Assembly (NCBI GenBank): GCA_964647225.1
Contig: CAZYHE010000002.1
Location: 1,655 to 34,787, forward strand
DNA: 33,133 nt
Source: an uncultured Anaerolineales bacterium
GTDB lineage: Bacteria; Chloroflexota; Anaerolineae; CG2-30-64-16
Direction: 5' to 3'
Positions within the stretch are counted from its first letter, which is position 1; every line of letters starts with the position of its first letter. The notes under the pieces are model-generated. The model ran no database searches, was not told the origin of the DNA, and was given only the letters and a program-made list of their open reading frames with translations. This document shows positions 1 to 9,273 of this stretch, one piece after another. Both the position numbers and the translations under genes were made by a program.

Positions 1-126
1 GCACAGATCATCGGCGCGTCGCCCGCGCCGCACACCCTCCTCGCGCCCGGCGGTTCAGCCTATTTCTACGCTCAATGGCTGGTCTGGCAGGAGGAACGGC
101 CAATCCCCTCAGGAGATCACGAATGA
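1..126 (+). CDS. 3' end of an unidentified gene entering from the left edge (partial, 41 codons)
   Basis: Frame +1 is open from base 1 to TGA at 124-126 (...[23 protein letters not shown]). The TGA overlaps the ATG at 123 as ATGA, the same coupling seen at 11815-11818, 14127-14130 and 32361-32364. Too short to assign a family. Confidence 0.3.
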   Translation, partial: AQIIGASPAPHTLLAPGGSAYFYAQWLVWQEERPIPSGDHE

Positions 127-1511
127 CCTTGAACGAATTTTGCCCGCAGACGATCATCGAACCCTTCCGCGTGCGGTCGGTTGAGCCGATCCGGTTTAGC
201 ACGCGCGGCGAGCGGCTGACATACCTGGCCGAGGCGGGCCACAATCCCTTCTTGCTCCATGCCGAGCACGTGCTGATTGATCTGCTGACCGACAGCGGCA
301 CCGGCGCGATGTCCTCGCGGCAGTGGGCCGGCATGATCGCCAGCGACGAGTCTTACGCCGGCGCGACTTCATTCTACCGGTTCGAGGCGGCGGTGCGCGA
401 CATCACCGGCTTCAAACACGTGATCCCGACGCATCAGGGCCGGGCCGCCGAGCACATCCTCTTCGGCGTCATCGCCGGGCCGGGCAAGGTGATGCTCAAC
501 AACACCCATTTCGACACGACGCGCGCCCATGTCGAGAATACCGGCGCGGAGGCGCGCGACCTGGTCATCGCCGAAGGCCGGCAGCCGCGGCTGATCCACC
601 CCTTCAAGGGCAACATGGATCTGGACGCGCTGCGCACCGCCATCCGCGAGATCGGCCCGGCGCGCATCCCGGCCGTGATGATGACCGTGACGAACAATTC
701 GGGCGGCGGCCAGCCGGTGAGCATGGCGAATATCCGGGGGGCCAGCCAGATCAGCCATGAACACGGCATCCCGTTCATCATTGACGCCTGCCGTTTTGCG
801 GAGAATAGCTGGTTCGTCAAGACCCGCGAGGCCGGCTACGCCGACAAGACGCCCATCGAGATCGCACGCGAGATGTTCTCCTATGCCGACGGCTGCACGA
901 TGAGCGCGAAGAAAGATGGCATGGCGAATATCGGCGGCTTCCTCGCGCTGAACGATGACGCCCTGGCCGCGCGCTGCCGCAACGTCGAAATCCTGACCGA
1001 GGGCTTCCCCACCTACGGCGGCATGGCCGGCTATGACCTGGAGGCGATTGCCGTCGGCCTGTACGAGGCGTTGGACGAAGGCTATCTGCGCTATCGCATC
1101 CGCTCCATCGCCTACCTGGGCGAAAAGCTCGTGGCGGCCGGCGTGCCGATCGTGCAGCCCACCGGCGGCCACGCCGTCTATCTCGACGCGCGCGCCATGC
1201 TGCCGCACATCCCGCCGCTGGCCTACCCGGCCTGGTCGCTTAACAACGCGTTCTACCTGGTCGGCGGGGTGCGCGGGGTGGAGATCGGCTCGGTGATGTT
1301 TGGCTTGCAGCCCGACGGGACGGAGCGGCCCGCGGCGAATGAGCTGGTGCGCCTGGCCTTCCCGCGCCGCGTCTACACCCAGAGCCACGTGGACTACCTG
1401 GCCGAGGTGATCCTGGCCGTCCACGCGCAGCGCGACCGCCTGCCGGGCTACCGCATCACCCAGCAGGCGCCGGTTTTACGGCACTTCACCGCCCGACTGG
1501 AACCGATGTAG
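123..1511 (+). CDS. tnaA: Tryptophanase (PLP-dependent beta-eliminating lyase family; tyrosine phenol-lyase not fully excluded)
   Basis: ORF 75..1511 trimmed to ATG 123, with AGGAGA at 111-116. Motifs by eye: [35 protein letters not shown] and the PLP-lysine motif [12 protein letters not shown]. TnaA-type strings: [33 protein letters not shown]. Confidence 0.85.
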   Translation: MTLNEFCPQTIIEPFRVRSVEPIRFSTRGERLTYLAEAGHNPFLLHAEHVLIDLLTDSGTGAMSSRQWAGMIASDESYAGATSFYRFEAAVRDITGFKHVIPTHQGRAAEHILFGVIAGPGKVMLNNTHFDTTRAHVENTGAEARDLVIAEGRQPRLIHPFKGNMDLDALRTAIREIGPARIPAVMMTVTNNSGGGQPVSMANIRGASQISHEHGIPFIIDACRFAENSWFVKTREAGYADKTPIEIAREMFSYADGCTMSAKKDGMANIGGFLALNDDALAARCRNVEILTEGFPTYGGMAGYDLEAIAVGLYEALDEGYLRYRIRSIAYLGEKLVAAGVPIVQPTGGHAVYLDARAMLPHIPPLAYPAWSLNNAFYLVGGVRGVEIGSVMFGLQPDGTERPAANELVRLAFPRRVYTQSHVDYLAEVILAVHAQRDRLPGYRITQQAPVLRHFTARLEPM

Positions 1512-1576
1512 TTCAGGGCCTTGTGCCCGTCCGTCCGCCCACGAGGGGCTATGCTACAGGTCTGGAGGATGCACCC

Positions 1577-3220
1577 ATGAAAGGGCGTGGCGTTTTCGAG
1601 GGGGTCGCCGGTGCGTACCCGCGGGCGCTCTATCGCGCGATGGGCTTCTCGGATGATGACTTCGAGAAGCCGCTGATCGGCATCGTCAACTCCTGGAGCG
1701 AGGTGGATCCCGGCCATTTCCACCTGCGCGAGCTGGCCGGGTGGGTGAAGGCCGGCGTGCGGGCGGCGGGGGGCGCGGCGGCCGAGTTCAACACGGTCGC
1801 GCCGTGCGATGGGATCGCCCAGGGCCAGGGGATGCACGCGATCCTGCCGCTGCGCGATGTGATCGCCGCCTCCGTCGAGCTGATGGTACGCGCCAACCGG
1901 TTCGACGGCCTGGTGATGCTCTGCTCCTGCGATAAAATCATTCCCGGCATGTTGATGGCCGCGGCGCGGCTCAACCTGCCGACGATCTTTGTGTTGGGCG
2001 GGCCGATGGCAGTTGGCCCATCGAATCTTATCCTCAGCGATGTGAAAGAGGCGATGGGCCGCTACAAGGCCGGCCGGATCAGCGAGGCCGAGTTCTACGA
2101 GATCGAGCGGTGCGCGTGCCCCGGCCCCGGCGCATGCGGCTTCATGGGCACGGCCAACACGATGGCCTGCATCGTCGAGACGTTGGGGCTGGCGCTGCCC
2201 GGCTGCGCGACGCTGCCCGCGCGCGATCCCGATCGGCAGGTGCTGTGCGAGGCGAGCGGCCGGCAGATCGTGGAGTTGGTGCGGCAGGACGTGCGCGCCG
2301 GCGCGCTGTTGACGCAGGCCAGCCTGGAGAACGCCGTCCGGGTGACGCTGGCGCTCGGCGGCTCGACCAACGCGACGTTGCACCTGCCCGCGGTCGCGCA
2401 CGAGGTCGGCGCGGACATCACGCCCGACACCTTCGACCGGTTGGGTCGGACGACCCCGCTGATCGCTAAATTTGCGCCCGCCAGCCGGTTCACCGTGGCC
2501 GACCTGCACCGGGCGGGCGGCATCCCGGCGGTGTTGCACATCCTGGCACCCTTGCTCGCTCGCGACGCGCCAACCGTGGATGGCCGCACGGTGGGCCAGA
2601 TTGCCGCGGCGGCCCGCGTCTCGCGCGAAGATGTTTTGCATGAGCTGGCTGCGCCGCTGGCCCCCGAAGGCGGCATCGCGGTGCTGCGCGGCTCCCTGGC
2701 GCCCGACGGCGCGGTCGTCAAGCAGAGTGCGATCAGCCCGGCGATGCTCCGCCACACTGGCCCGGCGCGCGTCTTCGAGTCGGAAGAAGAAGTCCGCGAT
2801 TCGCTCATGGCGCGGGCAGTGCAGCCTGGCGACATCTTGGTGATCCGCAACGAAGGGCCGGCCGGCGGGCCGGGGATGCGCGAGCTTTCGATCCCGGCCG
2901 CGCTCTTGGTCGGCATGGGGCTGGGCGATTCTGTGGCGATGATCACCGACGGCCGCTACTCCGGCGCGACGCGCGGGCCATGCATCGGCCACGTCTGCCC
3001 GGAAGCCTACGCGGGCGGCCCCATCGCCGCGGTGCGCGAGGGCGATCTGATCGAGATGGACATCCCCGGCCGGCGCCTCGATCTGTGCGTACACGCCGAC
3101 GAGATCGCCCGCCGATTGTCAGCATGGCGGCCCCGCCGGCCCGCCATCACCACCGGCTTTTTGGGTCTCTACAGCCGCATCGTTGGGCCAGCCAGCCGCG
3201 GCGCACTCTTTGGCGGATAA
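1577..3220 (+). CDS. ilvD: IlvD/Edd family dehydratase (dihydroxy-acid dehydratase; a sugar-acid dehydratase role is possible)
   Basis: ORF 1523..3220 trimmed to ATG 1577 (GGAGGA at 1565-1570). Motifs: [23 protein letters not shown], Fe-S cluster region [53 protein letters not shown]. Confidence 0.85.
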   Translation: MKGRGVFEGVAGAYPRALYRAMGFSDDDFEKPLIGIVNSWSEVDPGHFHLRELAGWVKAGVRAAGGAAAEFNTVAPCDGIAQGQGMHAILPLRDVIAASVELMVRANRFDGLVMLCSCDKIIPGMLMAAARLNLPTIFVLGGPMAVGPSNLILSDVKEAMGRYKAGRISEAEFYEIERCACPGPGACGFMGTANTMACIVETLGLALPGCATLPARDPDRQVLCEASGRQIVELVRQDVRAGALLTQASLENAVRVTLALGGSTNATLHLPAVAHEVGADITPDTFDRLGRTTPLIAKFAPASRFTVADLHRAGGIPAVLHILAPLLARDAPTVDGRTVGQIAAAARVSREDVLHELAAPLAPEGGIAVLRGSLAPDGAVVKQSAISPAMLRHTGPARVFESEEEVRDSLMARAVQPGDILVIRNEGPAGGPGMRELSIPAALLVGMGLGDSVAMITDGRYSGATRGPCIGHVCPEAYAGGPIAAVREGDLIEMDIPGRRLDLCVHADEIARRLSAWRPRRPAITTGFLGLYSRIVGPASRGALFGG

Positions 3221-3231
3221 GTCCGGAAAGG

Positions 3232-5556
3232 ATGAAGCCGATGCGAAAATGGTTTCGCGCCAGGGGGCAACCGCCACCGCCCCCCAGCCAAGACGACGAA
3301 TGCCTGGACGATGTCACGTTGCCGCCCGGCGGCCGCCCGCGACCGGTCCCCGCGACCGAGGATGGCCCGGATCCCTGCTACATAGACCGCTATGGCCGCG
3401 ATCTCCGTATTGACCTGCTACGCGGCTTCTTCGTGGTCGCGATGATCGTGGATCATGTGCGCGGCCCGTCGCCGCTCTATCTGTTGACGGGTGGCAACCG
3501 CTTCTACACGTCGGCCGCCGAGGGCTTCATCCTCACGTCGGGGCTGGTCGCCGGGCTAGTCTATCGCCGGCTGATCGAGCGCAACGGCATGGGGCCGGCG
3601 CTGCTGAAAGTGCTGCAACGCGCCGGCATCCTCTTCCTGCTCACCGTCGGGCTGACCCTGTTCAGCCTGCCTGGCTCCGAAATCCTCAACCTGCCGTGGG
3701 CGCAAGGCATTGACTTGAGCCATCCGATCCGGGTGGTCGTCAGCGTCCTGACGCTTCACCAGACGTACTACCTGGTGGACGTCATGCTGCTCTACACGAT
3801 CCTTTTCATCGTCGCGCCGCTGACTTTTGTCTTCCTGGAGCGCGGGATCACCTGGGTGGTGCTGGCCGCGTCATGGCTGTTGTGGGGGTTATACCAGGTC
3901 TTCCCCGAATACGCTTCGCTGCCGTGGCCGATTGCCGGTAATTACCTGTTCAATTTTTCCGCCTGGCAGGTGCTCTTCTTCACGGGGTTGGTGATCGGCT
4001 ATCGTCAAGATCGGATACCGCTGCTGAGCAAGCGGCTGACACGGGCGCTCCTGGTCCTGACAGGCATCGGCGTGACCGCCCTGATTGTGATCTATTTCAT
4101 CGTTGATCCGCCCACCGCGGTCATGCCGCCCGATCTGGCGGTCGGCGCCACGACCTTTCATGACGTGCGACTGTGGGTCCAAGATTATCTCTTCGCCAAA
4201 GTGGACCTCCGAGTGGGCCGGCTGATCGCCTCGGCGGTGGTGTTCAGCTTTCTGTTTCTTGCCACCACGGTGTTCTGGGGACGGATCCAGCGCCGGATCG
4301 GCTGGCTGCTGCTGCCGTTGGGCCAACATGCGCTCTATGGCTATACTGCGCATGTGATCCTGGTCGCGATCATCGCCGTTGCGGTGGCGCCATTCAAGCT
4401 GGGGTATCCCGGCCCGCAGTGGCTCAACGCCATCATCCAGATCGCCAGCGTGCTGCTGATCTGGGCGCTTGTGCGCTATCGCCTGTTGGCGCCGACCCCG
4501 CGCACCCAGCGCATCTGGTATGCCAGCCCCGTGCTGATTGCCGTGCTGGCGATGGTGGTCATGCGCCTCGACCCATCTCCCGCGGAGCCGGGCCTGGCAC
4601 GCGCGGCGATCCAGGCGCCCGCGCCAGGGGTACGCGTGCCGACCCGATTCGGCACGCCCATCCCGCGCGAGGCCCTGGCGCCGAACGCCGTCGCGGCCGC
4701 GACCCAGTCGCAAGCGACTCCGACCCCCGCGCCGGCCTTGCCGTGGAAGGTGGTCGTCTCTGCTGACGCGCTGACCCGTGTCGGCGAGTACCTGGACATC
4801 ACCGTCGTGGGCAGTCTCCAGGAACGTTGGTTCTACAGCCCGGAGTTGGATCGCGACATGCCCTATTGGCTCTACTTGCCGCCGGACTATGGCAGCACCA
4901 GCCGGCGCTACCCGGTGCTCTACATGCTGCACGGCCTGGGCGGCCATCGAGACGAGTGGGTCGTGTATGGGCTGATCAACACGGCCGACAAGGCGATCCT
5001 CAACGGCGACTTCCCGCCGATGATCATCGTGTTGCCGCAGGGCGACAAGGCGTACTGGACCAATCACACGGCGAACGGGCCGCTTTGGGGTGAATACATC
5101 GAGCGAGACCTGCTCGGGCATATTGACAGCACCTATCGCACCCTGCGCTCGGCCCGATCGCGCGCCATCGGCGGGCTTTCGATGGGCGGCTGGGGCGCGC
5201 TGAGCCATGCCTTCCGCCGGCCCGACCTGTTCGGCGTGGTCGGCGCGCACAGCGTCGCGCTGCGCCCCCTGGATGATGCCTCGCTCAGCTTTCTGGGCGC
5301 CGGCGATGAATTGCGTGGCAAGGAACCGATCACGCTGGCGCGGTCATTGCGGGGCCTGGAACAGCTCCAGATCTGGATTGACATGGCCGAAGAGGATCCC
5401 TGGCTGGAGCGGGCCGAACTGTTGCACGGCATCCTGGCCGGCCGCGGCATCCCGCATATCTGGCAGGTGTATCCGGGCAAGCACGAGTATACCTATTGGG
5501 AGCAACACAGCATTGACTATCTGCGGTACTATGCCAATGCGCTGGCCCGGCAATAG
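3232..5556 (+). CDS. Fusion protein: N-terminal OpgC-like / acyltransferase-3-like polytopic membrane domain plus C-terminal alpha/beta-hydrolase (putative esterase family)
   Basis: ORF 2980..5556 trimmed to ATG 3232 (GGAAAGG upstream); the longer form would overlap ilvD. N-terminal half: RIDLLRGFFVVAMIVDHV followed by about 10 hydrophobic segments. Then a Pro/Ala-rich linker. C-terminal part: YPVLYMLHGLGGHRDEW and the nucleophile elbow GLSMGGWGA, typical of esterase-D-like hydrolases. Confidence 0.7.
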   Translation: MKPMRKWFRARGQPPPPPSQDDECLDDVTLPPGGRPRPVPATEDGPDPCYIDRYGRDLRIDLLRGFFVVAMIVDHVRGPSPLYLLTGGNRFYTSAAEGFILTSGLVAGLVYRRLIERNGMGPALLKVLQRAGILFLLTVGLTLFSLPGSEILNLPWAQGIDLSHPIRVVVSVLTLHQTYYLVDVMLLYTILFIVAPLTFVFLERGITWVVLAASWLLWGLYQVFPEYASLPWPIAGNYLFNFSAWQVLFFTGLVIGYRQDRIPLLSKRLTRALLVLTGIGVTALIVIYFIVDPPTAVMPPDLAVGATTFHDVRLWVQDYLFAKVDLRVGRLIASAVVFSFLFLATTVFWGRIQRRIGWLLLPLGQHALYGYTAHVILVAIIAVAVAPFKLGYPGPQWLNAIIQIASVLLIWALVRYRLLAPTPRTQRIWYASPVLIAVLAMVVMRLDPSPAEPGLARAAIQAPAPGVRVPTRFGTPIPREALAPNAVAAATQSQATPTPAPALPWKVVVSADALTRVGEYLDITVVGSLQERWFYSPELDRDMPYWLYLPPDYGSTSRRYPVLYMLHGLGGHRDEWVVYGLINTADKAILNGDFPPMIIVLPQGDKAYWTNHTANGPLWGEYIERDLLGHIDSTYRTLRSARSRAIGGLSMGGWGALSHAFRRPDLFGVVGAHSVALRPLDDASLSFLGAGDELRGKEPITLARSLRGLEQLQIWIDMAEEDPWLERAELLHGILAGRGIPHIWQVYPGKHEYTYWEQHSIDYLRYYANALARQ

Positions 5557-5598
5557 GAGGCTAACGGCGGATGGCGCGTGGAAGCAGGGCCGGCCCAT

Positions 5599-6171
5599 CT
5601 ACCCGATGCGAAAGTGTCCGATGAGGTCGTCGAGCAGCTCGATACCGATCCCGGGCCGCTCGGGGAAGGCGATGACGCCATCGCTCACCAGCAGGCTCAC
5701 GTCCTGGATCGCCTTGATCTGCGGCGATCAGTAGACCTGGCTGGGCGCGTACTCGATGTACGGTGTGACCGGCGAGATGGCGGCCAGGTGGACGGTGGAT
5801 GCTCCGAGGATTTAGGTTGACCAGTTACCAGGGCAGACGAGCACCCCGCGCGGCTGCGCCAGCTCGACGATCCGCCTGGCCTCGGTCAGCCCGCCGCAGG
5901 TGATCATGTACGGCTGCGCCACCAGGACGCCGCCGCGATCCATCAGGTCGAGGAATTCCCAACGCGTCGTGGTGTGCTCGCCGGCCGCGATGCGGATGCG
6001 CGTCTGCTGAGCCAGCCGGGCGTAGGCGTCCAGCGAATCCACCGGGAAGCGGTTTCCCAGACCCTCCGCGACATCGCGGCTGCGACCGCGGCGGCAAGCG
6101 GCGAATAGATCGTGACGTTGTATTCCCAGGCCTGTCGTAACCATCCGTTTGCTACCAGGTGAACGCGTCAA
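5599..6171 (-). pseudogene. Decayed, N-terminally truncated enolase-superfamily (mandelate racemase / muconate lactonizing enzyme-like sugar-acid dehydratase) gene
   Basis: Minus-strand translation gives ...IRIAAGEHTTTRWEFLDLMDRGGVLVAQPYMITCGGLTEARRIVELAQPRGVLVCPGNWST*ILGASTVHLAAISPVTPYIEYAPSQVY*SPQIKAIQDVSLLVSDGVIAFPERPGIGIELLDDLIGHFRIG*. This is one continuous frame with in-frame stops at 5812-5814 (TAA) and 5728-5730 (TGA). Only the C-terminal half of the barrel is present, and the remnant abuts the AraC stop codon. Confidence 0.7.
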
Positions 6172-7031
6172 CCTGGTAGACCATTGGACGCACGGGAGAT
6201 CCTTTGGTACTGTCCCGGTGTGACGCCCACCACCTGTCGGAATCGCCTTGTCAGGTGGCTTTGATCGGAAAAGCCCGTTTCGGCGGCCACCTGGACGATG
6301 GGGTGTCCGCGCAAGAGCAGGTGTTTGGCATGCCGGATCCGTATCTGGTTCAGATACGCGTGCGGGGGAGCGCCCATTTGAGTCCTGAAGGTGCGTAGCA
6401 GGTGAAAAGGGGTGACGTTCACGGCTGCGGCGATTTGCTCCAGCGAAACGTCCTCAGCGAAGTGCGCTTCGATATAGTCTACTGCCTGCGCGATCCAGCC
6501 CGGACATCGTCCCTCACAACGATCCAGGGTCGTGCTTGCCGTCGAGTGACGCTTGATCAGCCGAGCCAGCACATCGAATAGCCGCGTCTCGCGTTCCAGA
6601 CACGGGGTAGCTTCATCCGCCAGAGTAAGGTGCAACGCAAGAACGAGCTGCGCCAACGTCCCATCCTGGATGCATGAAGCCCGGAAGATGGGCGCGCTGC
6701 AGACGCGGCTGCCAGGTTCCACGGCGATCTTCTGCAGCGTGGATGTCGAAGGATAGAGCATCCGGTAAGCGCAGCCTTGCACGCCGACGGCCTGGCCCGT
6801 GTGCAGTTCATGCGGGTTGATGACCATTACCTCGCCGGAGGCGATGATCTCCTTCTCTTTGCGATAGCTGAATGAGAGCGCGCCGGCCACGACGACGCCG
6901 ATCGCGAAGGTTTCATGCGCGTGCGGTGCGAAGGCGTGTGTGACGTAGCGGGCGGCCAACAGTTCCATGTCGTCGAGATGGGGATCCCGCCACAGGGTGG
7001 CCTGTTCCTGCCCAAGGATCGCTTGCGCCAT
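6168..7031 (-). CDS. AraC/XylS family transcriptional regulator with an N-terminal cupin-like ligand domain
   Basis: The N-terminal HAHETFAIGVVVAGALSF...INPHELHTG resembles the AraC-type sensor domain. The C-terminal part carries a double HTH (LEQIAAAVNVTPFHLLRTFR ... VAAETGFSDQSHLTRRFRQVVGVTPGQY). ATG 7031 is preferred (GAGG about 10 nt upstream); GTG 7049 is the alternative. Confidence 0.85.
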   Translation of the reverse strand: MAQAILGQEQATLWRDPHLDDMELLAARYVTHAFAPHAHETFAIGVVVAGALSFSYRKEKEIIASGEVMVINPHELHTGQAVGVQGCAYRMLYPSTSTLQKIAVEPGSRVCSAPIFRASCIQDGTLAQLVLALHLTLADEATPCLERETRLFDVLARLIKRHSTASTTLDRCEGRCPGWIAQAVDYIEAHFAEDVSLEQIAAAVNVTPFHLLRTFRTQMGAPPHAYLNQIRIRHAKHLLLRGHPIVQVAAETGFSDQSHLTRRFRQVVGVTPGQYQRISRASNGLPG

Positions 7032-7042
7032 ATCGCTATGCC

Positions 7043-7741
7043 TCACCACGCGATGAACATCTCCTGTGTCACCTGGCTACCAGGCGGCACAAGGAGGAAA
7101 TCGTCGCCCAGCCGCAACAGGTCGCCGGGCGCGGCCAGAAGACGCGGCAAGTAGGCTTCCGATCCCAACCTTTCCTCGTAGGTCCAACCCAGATGTCCCC
7201 GCATGAAGTGCGCGATAGTCTGGGCGCGCGACCGGTACGTCTCAAGCTCTTCCTGGTCGCCCGCGATGAAGACGAGCCGGCTGTAGTGGCCATATATCGT
7301 CTGCAAAAGCCAGTTCGCCTGCTCTTCGCCGTAGGCCGCGAGGTGCCTGGCATAGTTGCTCATGGGGTTGTTGGCGCCTTCCAGCCAGCCGGTGGTCAGG
7401 AAGTAGATACCGGGATCGGCCTCCAGTTGGGCGCGTCGCGCGGCCTGAGAGCCAAGGTAGAGTGCGATGCAATCGTCGGCGCGCGGGATGATGAGGGTGT
7501 GACGGCCGCTTTGCAGGCCGTGCAAGCCGTTCCCACACAGGCCGTAGCCGATCAGGACCAGCGATGGTTCAGGCAACGCCTCAAGGGCTGCCTGAAGCGC
7601 CCGGGTGATCTTCTTGGGTGTGTCATGCAGTCCTTGATCCAGAAAAGTGACCGGCGTCGCGCCGAGCCACTTGCAGAGGCTGCTCTCGAATACGCGACAG
7701 GCGATCACTACGACAGGGCGATGCGCTATCTCAGCAGACAT
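7043..7741 (-). CDS. DUF1638 domain protein
   Basis: ORF 7043..7825 trimmed to ATG 7741. The pattern VVVIACRVF...FLDQGLHDTPKKI...LVLIGYGLCGNG...LIIPRADDCIALYLGS...YFLTTGW matches my recollection of DUF1638. Stop at 7043 lies 11 nt before the AraC ATG, or overlaps its GTG. Confidence 0.6.
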   Translation of the reverse strand: MSAEIAHRPVVVIACRVFESSLCKWLGATPVTFLDQGLHDTPKKITRALQAALEALPEPSLVLIGYGLCGNGLHGLQSGRHTLIIPRADDCIALYLGSQAARRAQLEADPGIYFLTTGWLEGANNPMSNYARHLAAYGEEQANWLLQTIYGHYSRLVFIAGDQEELETYRSRAQTIAHFMRGHLGWTYEERLGSEAYLPRLLAAPGDLLRLGDDFLLVPPGSQVTQEMFIAW

Positions 7742-7805
7742 ACACGAATCTCTCTGAAACCCCACTTCGTCATCACGACAGAACGAGGCGATCTTATCAC
7801 AGCAC

Positions 7806-7853
7806 CGCAATATTCTACAAGACACGCGCCGGGCTGTCTTGTAGAATATTGCG
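7806..7853. promoter_or_regulatory. Perfect inverted repeat (19-bp arms, 10-nt GC spacer) in the divergent DUF1638/permease intergenic region; candidate operator and mirror-image promoter pair
   Basis: CGCAATATTCTACAAGACA cgcgccgggc TGTCTTGTAGAATATTGCG. The arms are AT-rich in a GC-rich context. On each strand the palindrome reads AAGACA-17 nt-TAGAAT: plus strand -35 at 7819-7824 and -10 at 7842-7847; minus strand -35 at 7835-7840 and -10 at 7812-7817. Confidence 0.5.
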
Positions 7854-7874
7854 ATCTATCTCTCACGGAACAGG

Positions 7875-9203
7875 ATGCTGATGGCGAACCCACACAGACT
7901 AACGAAGACCCTCGGATTGGCACCAGCGGTCGGCCTGGCGATCACCATGGTTGTGGGCAGCGGCCTGCTCGTGCTCCCCGGCTTGGCCTACGCGCGCAGC
8001 GGCGGCGCCGCCATCTACGCTTGGTTGATCAGCGCACTGGCGGCGGTCCCCATCCTGGTGATCCTGGCGCGGCTGGGCGCCGAGCTGCCGGACGCCGGCG
8101 GCATCGCGGCGTATGTGCGCGCAGCTTTCGGCTGGCGTCTGGGCGCGGCGACCGAGATCCTGATCCTGGGGACGCTGCCCGGCGGCGCGGCGATCATCAT
8201 CGCGGGCGGACAATACTTCGCCGCTATGATCGGCACAGACGCGCGGTGGGTGTCGGTGGGCGCGGCGATCCTCTTGCTCGCGGCCACAGGCATCAATCTC
8301 CTGGGCGTGCGGATCACGGGCAAGGTGCAGCAGTGGCTGGCGGCCGGTCTCGTCCTGTTACTGGCCGGCGCAGCCATCCTGGCACTGCTGTTTGGCGGTC
8401 GGGCGGGCGTGGGAATCGCGCCGCCTGCGCTATGGGCCGCCGGCGTGCCAGCCGTGCCGCTGGTCTTCTTCGCGTTCGTGGGGTGGGAGCTGATGTCTTT
8501 CACCAGCGAGGAGTTCGCCGACCCGGCGCGCGATTTCCCGCGGATGATCGCCGCCAGCTTCGGGATTGTGGTGCTGCTGTACACCCTGGTGGCGGTGGCG
8601 GTGCAGGTCGTCTTGCCGGCCCATGACGCGGCCGCGGCTGCCACGCCCATCGTCGCGCTGGTGGACACCGCGGCGGGCGCGGCGAGCAGCCGGCCGGTCT
8701 CGGTGCTCGGCTATCTGATCGTGGGGGCGAATTTGGTCGGCGTCGTTCTGGCCTTCTCCCGCCTGACCTTTGCCTCGGCACGCGCTGGGCTGCTGCCCCA
8801 GGGGTTGAGCGCCTTGCGTGGCGCGGCGGGGACGCCGGCAGTCGCCATCGTGGCGATCGCGGCGCTGTTTGCTCTCATCGCGGGCGCCTACCTGGCGGGG
8901 CTGATCTCGCACGCGACGCTCTTTGAGCTGGCCGGTGCCAGCTTCTTTCTGGCCTACGTGCTGGCCGCGCTGGCTTATGCGCGGCGGGCGCACAGCCGAC
9001 CGGGCAGGATCTTCGGTTGGCTGGCGACCGCTGTCCTGGTCGTGGTCTTCGGCGCGTTCGGCTTGCGCGCCTTGTATCCTCTCATCGTGCTGATCGGCGG
9101 CTATCTGGTGAGCCGGTGGCGCGACGGTCACCGATCTGAACGGCGTCCACGTGACGTTAGAAAACAGGCCGATCCTCCACGGCATCAACCTGAAGTTGTG
9201 TGA
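7875..9203 (+). CDS. APC superfamily amino-acid permease (YjeH-like)
   Basis: About 12 hydrophobic segments. The N-terminus LGLAPAVGLAITMVVGSGLLVLPGLA...ELPDAGGIAAYVRAAFG resembles APC/YjeH-type transporters. The start may be ATG 7881 (AGGA 5 nt upstream) rather than 7875. Confidence 0.8.
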   Translation: MLMANPHRLTKTLGLAPAVGLAITMVVGSGLLVLPGLAYARSGGAAIYAWLISALAAVPILVILARLGAELPDAGGIAAYVRAAFGWRLGAATEILILGTLPGGAAIIIAGGQYFAAMIGTDARWVSVGAAILLLAATGINLLGVRITGKVQQWLAAGLVLLLAGAAILALLFGGRAGVGIAPPALWAAGVPAVPLVFFAFVGWELMSFTSEEFADPARDFPRMIAASFGIVVLLYTLVAVAVQVVLPAHDAAAAATPIVALVDTAAGAASSRPVSVLGYLIVGANLVGVVLAFSRLTFASARAGLLPQGLSALRGAAGTPAVAIVAIAALFALIAGAYLAGLISHATLFELAGASFFLAYVLAALAYARRAHSRPGRIFGWLATAVLVVVFGAFGLRALYPLIVLIGGYLVSRWRDGHRSERRPRDVRKQADPPRHQPEVV

Positions 9204-9273
9204 GAACGAATTGTTAGCGAGGTGATCCTCATCGCACGCTCCTCCTTGTCAACTCATCCCAGAAGGCTCGCGT

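Noticed and set aside
1-122. A tnaC-like leader peptide or attenuator upstream of the tryptophanase-like gene.
   Set aside because: The upstream region is occupied by an open frame running in from the window edge, which ends in an ATGA overlap with the start. No short leader ORF or Rho-dependent spacer is evident.
2980-3231. N-terminal extensions of several track ORFs: 2980 for the OpgC-esterase, 75 for tnaA, 1523 for ilvD, 12049, 14175, 15509, 20302, 7825, 27402, 30272 and 32706.
   Set aside because: The extensions overlap the preceding gene or are Arg/Pro-rich. Internal ATGs with Shine-Dalgarno-like sequences or ATGA coupling coincide with where family similarity begins.
5578-5820. 80-aa plus-strand ORF, and the 119-aa ORF 5812..6171, as independent small genes.
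   Set aside because: Both are explained by the enolase-superfamily pseudogene. The plus-strand ORF is antisense to it, and the 119-aa ORF is one fragment of the interrupted frame.
9204-9273. Possible terminator hairpin between the convergent permease and BNR genes (GCGAGG tgat CCTCatCGC around 9217-9236).
   Set aside because: The stem is only 6 bp with a bulge and has no flanking T-run, so it is too weak to call.
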